Assembly: GCA_904063045.1 (NCBI GenBank)
Contig: CAJFCJ010000029.1
Coordinates: forward strand, 248,001 to 312,000
Source of the DNA: Dimorphilus gyrociliatus
Taxonomy: Eukaryota; Animalia; Annelida
DNA length: 64,000 nucleotides
Reading direction: 5' to 3'
A program made the position numbers and the translations under genes. Below are positions 10,801 to 22,405 of the stretch, piece by piece. The notes beneath the pieces were generated by a model. It saw nothing but the letters and a program-made list of their open reading frames with translations, had not been told where the DNA came from and ran no database searches. Within the stretch, counting starts at the first letter, position 1; each line of letters begins with the position of its first letter.

Positions 10801-13085
10801 TATCCTATATTCTATTATTGCGCAGAATTCGCCCACACAAAGGAATTGAATAGGCTGCAGATTTTGAAAATTGGTGGAAATTTAAGATCCAATGGTGAAA
10901 TTTATGAAACATTTAATGGAATTATCGCAGGTTTATATTGACAGGTAAAGGAAAGTGCAAGTTTTATTGTTTTCTTTTTTTTAGGTGTTTATTATCAAGG
11001 AGTAAGAGCTGGTTCGAGTGGCGGAGCAATTGGAGGCATTCGCATTATAGATTTAGGAAGAAAAGCCATTAGAGATATTAGGGTCTCTGTGAAAGATGAT
11101 GTAACGCCTGCCCCACATCCTTTTAGATTACCGAAGCCAGTGTAAGCTTTAGAACCTTAATTAAAGATAACATAGAGAGTTGACGATTTTTTCCACCATT
11201 ATTAGAATACCAATATTACCTCCTCGTGAGTTCACCGACGGAAGAGCGTTAGCTGCTGGTTCGGAACGACCGAGAGCAGGAGCAGTGGCTGGCGCTTTTC
11301 TCGGTATTTTACTGGCAGCATCCTCCATTATGTGGGCCGTCTATAAGTTGAAACCTGGGAAGATTTTATTGGGTAAAATAAAGGAGTCGAAAGGTAGTTC
11401 CGCTAAACCCTTGCCGTCTCTTTCGCTCTCCACCCAACCCAATCGTCTTAGCCAAGCCGCTTATTCTTCTTCGCAAAGATTAAACGGTCGTACATCAACG
11501 AATCTGAACGAATATTTTCCACCCGTAGGTGACAGTCAAATGGCTCAAACCGAATCCCTTCTAAATGACCTTGAGGCAATGGATAGCGCCAAAGCACCCC
11601 CAACCGCCCAGCGTTTAACGACTACAACAACAACTGATTCAAAGACCCGTTACGCAATGCAAACTATGAGTCCTGGAGCAGTTTCAAGTCCAGGTTTAAT
11701 GGCTGCTGAACAAATCCATGTGGATTGTATGCAAATAACGCGGGACGGAAAGCACGTAGTTACTGGCTCAATGAACAGTCCTCCTTTAATTTGGGATTTG
11801 AAGACGGGTGCTCTCGTTAGAAGTTTGCAAGGTGAAGAGGTTAGTTCTACAGATTTACATTTAGCTGCTGGAGATTCGCTTATTGTTGGCCAAGTTGCTG
11901 AATATACAAGTCTCGATCCAGTTGATGGGACCATGTCAGGTAATTTGTTGTCCCGGAAATTCCAGGTAATGAATTAATCTATTTTAGTTAAACTTGTTAT
12001 GTAAATAAAATAATCGAATTGTGTCAGATATGGGATATCAGCAGTGGTACACCCTTGTCAATGCCCTCGCCAAACGAAGCTTGTACTGCTACAGCTCTGT
12101 TGTCAGATGGTGAGACGGCAGTGCTCGGTAGAACTGAGAAGTTTGGCGGCGGTACAACACTCGTCATGTGGGATATAGCCGGCAATCAATCACTTAGGTC
12201 AATGAACTATACGGGATCAATGGGTGCTGCAGATCCCGTTACGCATCTATATGTCACAAAAGATGATCGCTTCGTCGCTGCCGCTTTCACAAATTCATAT
12301 GACGCCATGACAAATTTTGTCATTTTTGATTTAAGTGCATCGGATGAGGATGGAACGAAGGTCCTATCATTACATGCAAATGCTGATTGTACGGCTGTCT
12401 TGGATAACCAGGAAGCGGTTACTGGAACAAAAGATGGAAAATTAGTAGTGTGGTCATTCAGAACAGGGAAGACGCTTCGACAGGTTTCAAGTCCCTTAGA
12501 AAACTCTACGTTAGGTAGATCAGGTAAGATATTTAACCAGCTTTTAAAAATTCAATATGAATATTAGTAAGTGGAAAAAATTTCCAGCTGGACTTACAGA
12601 GTCTAGGGCTCATGATGATGAGGTATCTGCTGTAGTCGTAGATCATGGCGTAATTGTATCTGCCTCTCACGACCATACACTTAAAGTATGGGATTTAGAA
12701 ACAGAAAAGTTACTGCATACGTTGAATGGTCATACTGATCAGGTAAATAAACAGTTTCGTCAGAATATAAAAGAATAACTAAAAACTTTCATCTATGTTT
12801 TTTTTTCTTAATATTCTAAAGGTCTGGTGCTGTACAATATCAAGCGATGGTGACTGGATAGTGTCAGGAGGACGAGACGGAACGGTTAGACTATGGAAAT
12901 TAGCTACCGGAAATCCTATTTGCTTTTGGAAATGTGCCGTTGATGTTTTCTCAGTAAAGCTTAGTCCCGATAAACAAGTTTTGTGTGCTCTAGGTGATAA
13001 ATTCGGAGCCCGAAAGTTAGTCCTACTTCGAGTAGTTCATACGCGAACTATAAGTCGATCAACTACGCCGGCAGCTTTTGTTTGA
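1885..13085 (+). CDS. Alpha-neurexin-like single-pass membrane protein with ConA/pentraxin-like insert and cytoplasmic WD40 propeller (about 2697 aa, 14 exons)
   Basis: join(1885..2196,4136..5517,5579..7221,7580..7827,7904..8188,8250..10176,10267..10445,10514..10694,10826..10930,10985..11141,11206..11965,12028..12523,12588..12742,12822..13085). All 13 introns are GT-AG and phase-compatible; total 8094 nt = 2698 codons. Order: signal peptide MRKLCPFVLSFVLIYTPVYG, LNS1 (LNDGRFHT|VKIVR), EGF, four CxxxxxxCxxGFT-type modules, Thr-rich linker, LNS2, LNS3, EGF (CENNPC..CDCIATGYSGPKCE), LNS4, LNS5, EGF (CKNGGIC..CDCNMTGWAGKQC), LNS6 ([26 protein letters not shown], matching neurexin [22 protein letters not shown]), TM (AVAGAFLGILLAASSIMWAVYKL), Ser/Thr-rich linker, 7-8 WD40 repeats (e.g. 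GHTDQVWCCTISSDGDWIVSGGRDGTVRLWK). Confidence 0.85.
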
Positions 13086-14055
13086 TATTAACATAGGCTT
13101 TTAAAAAGTTATTCGGTTTATTGTGAGGTGCTTTTTTTAAGTTGTCGAGTGTCTTTCATTAACGAGAAATCAAAGGAAAATTCGAGTGCTCTGCTTAAAA
13201 GAACTTTTCGAATTTGTTTCTATCTATATATACATACACACATATATATATATATATATATAAATTCATATGTATATATATTTATATATGTAATACATTT
13301 ACCTGTACAAGAAATGACAGCTATAATGTATATTGCAAGACATAAATCAACGACTGCAAGAACCAATTTCATAATCAATAATTTAATAGCTATATAGTTA
13401 TCTTTTTTTAGATAATAGTCATATCTACCAATATCTTTTAAATTTTGTGGAACTCAGCAAATGAGATAATTTATTAGTAGTTAATCCTACAATATACATA
13501 TATACAGTATATAATTTAATTCATTCTGTTTCAATTTTTTCTGTCTCATCTATTAAATAACAATGGTTCAAAGTCCTAGTGTTAATTTTTTTTCAAAAAA
13601 AAAAAACTTTATTCCTGTTTTACTTTGTTGGAAAAAAAATAATTGGCAAGTAGATGATGTAGATTTGTCATTTTTCTGTTTTCTTTTTTTTGTCGCTTTT
13701 TAGAAGAAAAAAAAAAAAGGAAGATATTAAGAAAAAAAAATAATAATGCATGAACATCTTTTGTGTTGCGTTAGCTAACGAGAAAAACAGTCTATGTTTT
13801 TTTTGTGTATATAAGACATTTTATGTAATTTTTTTTTCTTTTTTTTTGCAAGTCTTTCGACAAGGCATAATATTTCTATGCTTACAATTTAAATAAGAGA
13901 AAATATACAAAAAAAAAAAAAAGGAAATTCGTCTATTATTGGCAAACATTTAGTCATTTTATGACTTAGGTAAACTATACGTAGATTAATTATATTGCAA
14001 TAAAAGGAGAAAGTAAGAGGTGACCATTTGGTACCGTAAAATCTTAGCAACGCTT

Positions 14056-15501
14056 ATGGAGACACATAAGAAACAGATTTCTTCCTTCTTTACTATTCCC
14101 GAACCGGATTCTAGACCTTTTAAGGAAAAAATCTCAGAGTTTTGCTCGACATCCACAATGCACGGATTAAAAATTGTAGGATGTCACACTACACATATTG
14201 TAAGAAGAATACTTTGGCTGATTGCTGTTACTGCCTGCTTCCTTTTCATACTTACCATGCTAATAGTCCTAATGATAAAAGTTCATAATCCAGGGACGCA
14301 AACGGATATATCCATCAACACCCTGGAAGTTGGGGAAGGTTTACAACTCCCGGCAATAACTATTTGTTCATACAACCAATACACCTTGGAATACTTGAAA
14401 ACTGCAGAAGGCATTAGGAATTGGCTATTCTTATCAAAATTGTATCCAGATATAATTCCATACACTGATTTTGAAAATTTAACAGGGCTAGAATTCAATG
14501 TGTCTTCTTACCGAGAAAATATATCTAACGTCCTTGAAGTAATTAGAGATGCTTCGTTCAACTTGACGTCAAGCTTAAAAGCATGTTCTTGGAATGGTCA
14601 AATACAACAATGCTCATCTCTCCCAGGAACAAGAACAGTTTTCACTGATTTTGGAGTGTGCTATTCTATCAATTATAGTAATGATAGTTCATACATAATT
14701 AAAGTTCCGGGAGCCAGACAAGGTATCATGATCTTTGCCTTTGATTCTTTTGAATCGTATATCTTTGGTGAAAATTTCGGTTCGTTAGGGTTTCGTATTC
14801 TGGTTCATGATCCCTTTGAGTATCCGTCCGTTAAACAGTTTGGTATATCTGTACAACCGTCAATTGATACAACAATAGCCCTTAAAAAAAACATTTATCA
14901 GTTTAGAGAAGGCAATGGATGCCAGAAAAGGGTCCCTCAACTAATAGGTTACAAACGTTATACGGAAAATGGTTGTATGGCCGAATGTGTGGCAAATTGT
15001 GTTTATCACAAGTGCAGTTGTAAATTATTTTTCCAGTCTGGCGATTATTTGATATGTAATTCACCAGAGAGTGTCCAATGCGCACGAAGAAGTGAAAAAT
15101 TATGCTGGACAAGAAGAGATTATCTTCAAAGTTGTAACTGTCCTTTGGAATGTGAGCACATAGAGTATGAGAATCGCATTTCCATAGCTAATTATCCTTC
15201 TCTTTCTTACAAAAATCTTTTTTCTGTACTAATTCCAAACACTTCTCTATCAGAGTTATCAAGAAACGCCATTAAGATGACTATTTATTACGAAGATTTA
15301 AATGTAGTTACTTTCATTCAGAGCGATTCTTATACTGCTGAGCAAATTTTTGGGGATATAGGAGGCCAAATGGGATTATTTTTAGGTGCTAGTGTATTAA
15401 CAATTGCAGAGTTTTGCGATTTTATCATATTTGCTCTTATTGATAAAATAAGATGTTATTTCAAGTCCAAAAAAATAGTAAATATATTCCAAATGTCTTA
15501 G
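14056..15501 (+). CDS. DEG/ENaC (ASIC/BASIC/HyNaC-like) amiloride-sensitive cation channel subunit, single exon, 481 aa
   Basis: Pre-TM1 HG motif (FCSTSTMHGL), TM1, LPAITICSYN, FTDFGVCYSIN, Cys-rich thumb (CNCPLEC), TM2 FGDIGGQMGLFLGASVLTIAEF with the GAS filter. First ATG at 14056; the ORF-track start at 14020 is a GTG. Confidence 0.95.
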   Translation: METHKKQISSFFTIPEPDSRPFKEKISEFCSTSTMHGLKIVGCHTTHIVRRILWLIAVTACFLFILTMLIVLMIKVHNPGTQTDISINTLEVGEGLQLPAITICSYNQYTLEYLKTAEGIRNWLFLSKLYPDIIPYTDFENLTGLEFNVSSYRENISNVLEVIRDASFNLTSSLKACSWNGQIQQCSSLPGTRTVFTDFGVCYSINYSNDSSYIIKVPGARQGIMIFAFDSFESYIFGENFGSLGFRILVHDPFEYPSVKQFGISVQPSIDTTIALKKNIYQFREGNGCQKRVPQLIGYKRYTENGCMAECVANCVYHKCSCKLFFQSGDYLICNSPESVQCARRSEKLCWTRRDYLQSCNCPLECEHIEYENRISIANYPSLSYKNLFSVLIPNTSLSELSRNAIKMTIYYEDLNVVTFIQSDSYTAEQIFGDIGGQMGLFLGASVLTIAEFCDFIIFALIDKIRCYFKSKKIVNIFQMS

Positions 15502-16651
15502 CTTATTCTAATATTGACTTGAGTACTATGCAAATGTGAAAAAGAAATATAAAACAAGAGACATTAACAAACAGTCTTACAACAAAAATCTCCGTCCAGT
15601 GCATCCATTATCTCAGCAAGAATTTTGTTGGTGGTCCTAATTATATTCACTGTTGTACTTCAATTAGCGATATTGCATGTCTGACAAAAAAATCGTGTAT
15701 TAAATGAAATTTTTCATCGTTTAAATATGTCAATATAAATATTAATATAAAAAAATGGACGGCACTATTCTGTTAATAATTCTACATTATACACTTATAT
15801 ACTTACATATAAATTCCATTTATTCAAGGCTATTATTTCTAACTTAACGTAAAGGGTTGTAAGTGAATATCAGAGAGATAGAATATTGGTCTTCATACTG
15901 TTTATCTTTCTGATAATAGAAGAAATTAATCAAATTCATCTTAAAGCTGACTTATACGAGTTGCTTTAGCTTGATAATTATTGTAAAATAAAATTATACA
16001 GTAGCAATTTTTTAGGTGAAGAATATTCCTTTTCTGGAATATTAAAGAGTTATTACTATTCCAAGATATTGTTAAATTAATTAAAGATCTTTATAAAAAA
16101 GAGAAGAGAGAAGAACTCTTTCTAAGACAGAGTTCATTGAAAAATAATAATTTGTCAAATACTTATTTACAATAAAATATTCAAATATACTTTATGACTA
16201 TTAATACATTTAGAATATTAAATAATCTGCAGTGTATTAAATTTAGCTATATTTGAAGAAGTACTTTTATTAATTAAGTAAAGAAATACTTTGGGGGAAA
16301 AAACCTACAATAAAATTTAATAGGTTCTATCTCCAAAATTAAATGGTTAGACAAATCCACCATAGCTAAACCTGACTAAGCTAAATTTGAGTGCTCTGTT
16401 TTAAGAAATAATCTGATAATATATACTGTGGAAAAGGAGACGTAGATGAAAGAAACACAATCTAGGTGTCGTTGCAATGAAGTCATACAAAGAATATGAA
16501 CTGAAGTTTGCAGTTTACAGTTTACTTCTTGTTACGTCGAACAAGAGAGAACTCTAGGATAACGAGATAAAGTACAGATTGCTCAAAGTATTAATGTGCG
16601 ATTTAAAGATAGTTTGAAGCAGAGAATTGGTTAAATTTACAATTTTTCATT

Positions 16652-17815
16652 ATGGATTGTATACCTCTAGCTGTTAATCAAACGTTAAACATGTCAAAGA
16701 ATTCTTCACATCGGAATAGTCAAGACTATTTTAACATTGAAAGGTTTATCTACTACAGGATTCTCTTTATTGCTAGCTTGTTTGGGATAGTTGGCAATGC
16801 TATCGCCTTTATAGTTGTTTGTAAAGGTAGAAAGAAAAGGCTAAGGGAAAGCGAAGAAGTTTTCAATAGGGGAGCAATTGGATTGACGGCTTCAAATTTT
16901 TGTTTATCTCTGGTTCTCTTGCCTCATGGTTGGATTAATGCTGCGATGTTTTCTTTTCCATCTTTTTCGTTTAATCTTATTTATCTTGTCTATTCAAATG
17001 CTTTTATAAATGCTTGTCTTATGACCAGTGCCAGTGCATGGTTGACTGTTTTTATTACAGTTTCTTTGTATATTTCAATAGTTTATCCCCTAAAGTCAAA
17101 AGTTATGTTAAGTAGTCATTTCGTTCAAAGATCTGTGCCTCCAATAGCTATATTCTGTATCATATTCAATCTTCCTCGGCTAACATTTGAGAAAATAGAA
17201 TCAGTAGACTGTAAAGGAGGAACAACTCACTACTATCGTGTGGAAGGATTTCTTAAAAGAAATAAGTTGATTGAAAAAATATATCTTTACATGTATTCAG
17301 TTTCAGCCTTAGCTCTTCCTTTCTTTAGTCTGGTGTACATGTCATATTCGCTATTGAAAGCCTTGAAGAAATCATTGAATTTGCAGAAGGAATTAAGAAC
17401 TAACTCATTAGAGGATCGTGACCGCAAACAGAGAAAGGCAACAGACAAACTTAACAAGTGTTCAATTATAGTAGTTTTCTGTTATTTAACAATGGTTTTC
17501 CCTGCTGACCTAATTAATTTTGTTAAAGAAGCTGTGCTAAGTGATACTGCTAAAACAGAAAGTTATAATTTGGCAACAACAATATTTAATATTAGTCAAG
17601 TAATTTATTTTACATTTCAGTTTTTTGTCTTTTTGTTTCTTTGTAAAAATTTGAAAGCCACATTATTTTTTGTGTGGTGTAGAGTTGGCAGAAGGAGATC
17701 TTCAGTTATATCGAATTCAACTATATTAATTAGATCCGGAGAAAATAGAAAAGGTCTGTCAGGAGTTCGTTATGCAGGGCTTAACCAGAGTGTTGAAATA
17801 ATTCATACTATTTAA
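16652..17815 (+). CDS. Class A GPCR, FMRFamide/sex-peptide-receptor-like family, divergent, single exon (387 aa)
   Basis: Seven hydrophobic segments, GIVGN in TM1, SASAWLTVFITVSLYISIVYPL at the end of TM3, FNLPRL in TM4, N-terminal glycosylation sequons (NQT, NMS, NSS). Confidence 0.85.
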   Translation: MDCIPLAVNQTLNMSKNSSHRNSQDYFNIERFIYYRILFIASLFGIVGNAIAFIVVCKGRKKRLRESEEVFNRGAIGLTASNFCLSLVLLPHGWINAAMFSFPSFSFNLIYLVYSNAFINACLMTSASAWLTVFITVSLYISIVYPLKSKVMLSSHFVQRSVPPIAIFCIIFNLPRLTFEKIESVDCKGGTTHYYRVEGFLKRNKLIEKIYLYMYSVSALALPFFSLVYMSYSLLKALKKSLNLQKELRTNSLEDRDRKQRKATDKLNKCSIIVVFCYLTMVFPADLINFVKEAVLSDTAKTESYNLATTIFNISQVIYFTFQFFVFLFLCKNLKATLFFVWCRVGRRRSSVISNSTILIRSGENRKGLSGVRYAGLNQSVEIIHTI

Positions 17816-20800
17816 CAAAAACAAAAAGAACGAAAGAAAGATAAAATCCAACCCCATTTTACTGACAAATTGAATGACGTATCACCTTCTTGGTATGTTA
17901 GTGCCAAATTGTCCATGTATATTCATTAAAAATGACATTTGATATATCCGTTGTTCTATATACTTTATATCTACTCTAATTTGATGTAGTTTATAATATT
18001 TTATTACCAACTATCCTTCTGTTATATTTTTCATCTAATAATCCGACCAATTGCTAATCAATAGCTAATGGTCTTTGTTAATTGTGATATAATTCGGTAA
18101 GATCTTACTTTGTCCTCTTGTTCAGCGAGTTTTTTTCCTATTTACTGTAACTTTATAAGTATATATTTCGAATTTTATACAAAAAACACTCTCTGAACCG
18201 AAAAATCGACTTAACCGAGTTTAGAACAGGTAAACAACATTATTACGATAATAAACTCTCAATAGTCTAGATGCTTCTCAAATGACCAGACTGGTAAATA
18301 CACAAAATCGTTGAAAAGTATCTTTCTGATTACCGGATGAAAAAGATATACCGTATACCCTTTACAATATTTTCGATTACTTCCAACATCTACTCAACTA
18401 TATGAGAAATTACTTAAAATATGCTTCCTTTTTAATATTAAATAGAAAAGAGGCGTTAAATATACTTTCAACCATTATAATTTTGTAGATGAATGGAAAA
18501 TTAATAAACAAATAGGGAGCCTTACTAAGACTTTGTAAACATTATGTCTTTTTTTTGAACATTTACATGCATATATAATGCTTCATCCGATTACCTTCAA
18601 CTTCTCCTACGTATCGAATGAATTAAAAGCTGAGGACAGCTTGGAAAAAGAGTAAACATTTATATAAACGGTTATATTCGATATATAATGTATAATGTTG
18701 TTTGTATTTAGGTTAATAGTAACTCGTACTTTGAAGGTTGGCGGGAACCTGCCACTTGTTTTTCGGTGGAAAAAATAGCCTTGTTACATAATTAAGCTAT
18801 AAGCTCAAAAAGAAAAATACAGTATATACGAAAGAAAAACGCAACGTGGCTTTTCCGTTTGATAATAACAGACAAAAAGCTTTAACATTTAATTCTTCAG
18901 ATTCTTTCCGTGGATAATATATATTTAGGCACGAAATAAATAAATAAACATATATATAAGGATATACGTAAGCTTAATAAAGCTGCTCTTTGCTTAAGCG
19001 CTTTCCTCTGAAATTAAGTTATATTTGTATCTATAAGAAATTTAACACGGTGTATTAAGAAATTTGAAGCGGCAATTTCCAGGAAACAATGTAATTTTGT
19101 TATGAAGTGGTCATTTCATTCTGTTTTATAAGGAATATCACTACGCTATAACTAGATTCTCTATCCTCTTTCAGACACGCATTTCGTTTTTTGTCACATG
19201 TAGTATAATTAATGCATAAATTGAGAGATCGGTCAAATTTTTCATTAGTATAGACTCTCTTTTTTACTTTGAGCTTTAAAAGAATTAGAAAAACGAAACA
19301 AACAATGAAATTAAAGATACAGACATCTGTTACAAACTGATGACAAAAAACAAGCTAATCTCGTCTTTTTAAATCAATTAAGTTTTAAATAGATTCTATT
19401 TATTTTGATCACGCGTTGAATTAATAAGTCTCTTTTAAGTGTCATTTACATCCTTTTCAAATACTAGTTAATTCTGCCAATATACATATGTGAAATGGAA
19501 ATTTTTACGTTTAACCCACGCTCTACACTTTCTAAGCCAATAGATGGCGTTACATTCATTTATTTTTTCCATAATCTAAACTGTAATCAGTTTATAAAGC
19601 CTAGGAATACTTTTACGGGTCTTAAAATTTCATTAATCAAGTGCAGGGGAAATTAATATAAGGGAGTATATTTTAGACGAAACGAAATTACTTTGTCATA
19701 TAATGCATATCATATTAGTCTTACTAGTAAAAAAGGTATTAAAAAAAATAGGATTTTACTTATGCAACACGTAAATATTTCAAGTAAATTATATTTTATA
19801 AGATAGCTTAGATGTATCAATGATTTATTTGTCTTCTAATAAATTAGCAATTCAAATTTATTATAATGACATTTAGACAAAACATACTATGCTCTGATAA
19901 CGTATCCTTTCTAAGAAGTATATACATTCTCATTTATTTTATATTTACTCTATTTATTTAATATAAATTTTTAGAAAGCCTATACATTTCATCTTTTCCT
20001 ATTAATAGAAACAAAATATTATTCAATTATACAATATTAACTAGATGTTTGTAAATATCTTAATATTGCAAATAGGCTTACTTTTCTATCTTACCTGGAT
20101 TGTTTATTGTGTACAAGTAATTAGCGACGACTTAATGATGATGTTTTGAAATTTATCCATTTCTAATTTAATTTTTTAGAGTAAATCAAATCGACGTTCC
20201 ATATCTTCGATAGATGGCGTCACCTTAAATAAATCGGGTATGCCTTCTATTAGATATATCAAGTAGAGCGCTCTTAGAAAAGGATGAGTTACATTAATAT
20301 TTTCATTTAAAATAGCTATATTAACAACTGTTGAAACAAAATAAGATATTTACAAAGATTTCTATTCAAATCTCATGAAAACTCGTTCGGAAGAGGCAAT
20401 TTTTAAGATTTCGTGTCAATTTTTTACGCTTCCTGATAGATTAAGTGAACAACTGAAAAAAAGGGGACTAATGATTATAAATTTATGAAAAGTACAATTA
20501 AGTGGTGAATATTTACAGCCCTTGAGATGACGAGCCTACTTACTGAATCAATTTATTGCGTTGCATACAATCTGTTTTTAATTTAGTTTATCGAATTGTG
20601 TAACTTATATTACGATAACAAAACTTTCAAGAGAAAAATATCATTGTTACTGATAAAAAAATGACTACGAAAGAAAATAAAAGTAACGACAACTTATCGT
20701 TTTCATCTTTTAAAGGAAAAAAAAGTTTCATAACAACTTTTGATAATTTTACGTAAACAGTAATTGAGTTATATAGCTTTTTTTGTAAATAAAAAGAAAA

Positions 20801-21384
20801 AGTTTCTAACTAATGTGAAAAAAAGAGAGTTAAATTGTAGGTAAATTGAAATGGATAGACTTGAAATAATCATTAGATTGTGGTTGTCATAGTGAAAAAC
20901 GAATAGTTCAATAGTTGAATTTGGTTTGATTAAATTTCCTTGAGTGACGCACAACTTTTTTTCTAATTGATAAGAACAAGCGTCCAAATGCGTTACGTAA
21001 GATAATCGTGGTTTTCTAATCAAACAATTGTTTTCAGCCCTCCTTAAGACTGTTTTTATAGTATTATATTTCTCGGTTGACAGTATTTTGATTGGTTAAC
21101 GAGCCGTTAAGCGGGTTAAGTTTACTGTAAACAAGTCATCGGATGGAAAGTAAGGCATCAAAAATGTGTCGCCTTTGAGAGTGATAACCATCAATAGAAA
21201 ACGATAAGGCAATGACAAGACATAAGGGAAAAAGTATGGCCAGGTGCGTTAGAAGACGTCGTGTCATTTGTCAGCCGATCAGAACAAAGGTGCACGTTAA
21301 TTAAAAGCAACATTCGTGCTTCCGTCACCAGTGCAGATGTTCGCCATTCGTAGTTTGCATGTCCCGCCGACTGCGAACACGTGG

Positions 21385-21398
21385 CGCCATCTGGTGCG
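21385..21398 (-). promoter_or_regulatory. CTCF-like binding site (best of at least 13 AGATGGCG cores in the window)
   Basis: Reverse complement of 21384-21397 reads GCACCAGATGGCGC, close to the CTCF consensus CCAC(C/T)AG(A/G)(T/G)GGCGC. Confidence 0.5.
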
Positions 21399-22397
21399 GC
21401 GTCTATGATGTGTGACAAGGGCGTCGCGCAAACAATGCATAATTTAGCGGAATTCATTAGAGGTGAGCGTCAATTAGCGTTCGCCAGAGAACCGGGCGTC
21501 ATCATGCATTGTGGACGGCGCGAGGTGAGCTGCCTGTCATTCATTAAGCCACGCCTACTTTACCGTCACTTGTCACCGCCTATCCAACGCACATCATGAC
21601 GTTACATCGGGTAAGTTATTTCCCTCTTTTCCCTTCTTGCTTTTGCGTCTTAGACACTCTTTTTCGTGGATCATTTTGACTGTAAGTAATGTGTTTGAAG
21701 ATTTATATTGTATCAATGTATAAACTATATATATATATATATGTTTTATAGCGTATCATAGTGTTTAGCTGTAGACAATACTAAGGGAATAGATAAAACG
21801 TAACACGTGTAAACACACAATTATTAGAGACGTAAGACGCCTTTATATACGTAATGCTGTGGAAAAAGGCTAGTTTATGTCCATTGCATTTCCTTCATAA
21901 GATGGCAGAGGTGAATGACAGAAGCAGAACTCACTCCTGCATACCAACTGCCTTCTGTACGATGCGTATGTGCTGCGTGTGGCGTGTGTTGAGAGACTGC
22001 AGCGGTAAAAGATAGTCGCGCATCTGCAATAAATGACTGTGCTTCTCTAGGCTCTCTGCAGCAAACAGTTATACGCAGTCCGTTCTTCTATCGCACGATA
22101 TTTTCACTCGCCCCCCATCTCTTTTTTTTTCTTTTCATTCCTCTATTTCTTTCTATCTTTACTTTTGGTTTTCGAATCTTGTTTTTTTCTTTCTCTCTCT
22201 TTCAATCTCTTTCTACTTTCTAAACTGTTTTTTTCGTAACTTTTTTACTCCCTGTTTCTAGCGTGTACTCTCTTTACTCATTTCGCAATCATCCTCTACC
22301 CTGCCCCCTCTCTGTTTTGCGCACTTTCCTTGTTTATTGAGTTCTCTTATGACTTTTTTACAATCACCTTCGACTATCAAGCTGCTTATAAGATTCC

Positions 22398-22405
22398 TAT
22401 AAATA
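22398..22405 (+). promoter_or_regulatory. TATA box upstream of a candidate alternative first exon of basonuclin
   Basis: TATAAATA about 175 nt upstream of ATG 22575; that exon ends at CAG|GTAGAG (22625/22626). Confidence 0.45.

Noticed and set aside
1885-13085. Treating the ORF-track pieces (LamG, neurexin, WD40) as separate genes
   Set aside because: All pieces join by in-phase GT-AG introns, there is only one signal peptide, and TM plus the first WD repeat share one exon.
15560-15685. Minus-strand fragment CNIAN*STTVNIIRTTNKILAEIMD resembling a Harbinger/ISL2EU transposase helix-turn-helix
   Set aside because: About 25 aa, interrupted by a stop, with no DDE region or TIRs nearby; too weak without an HMM search.
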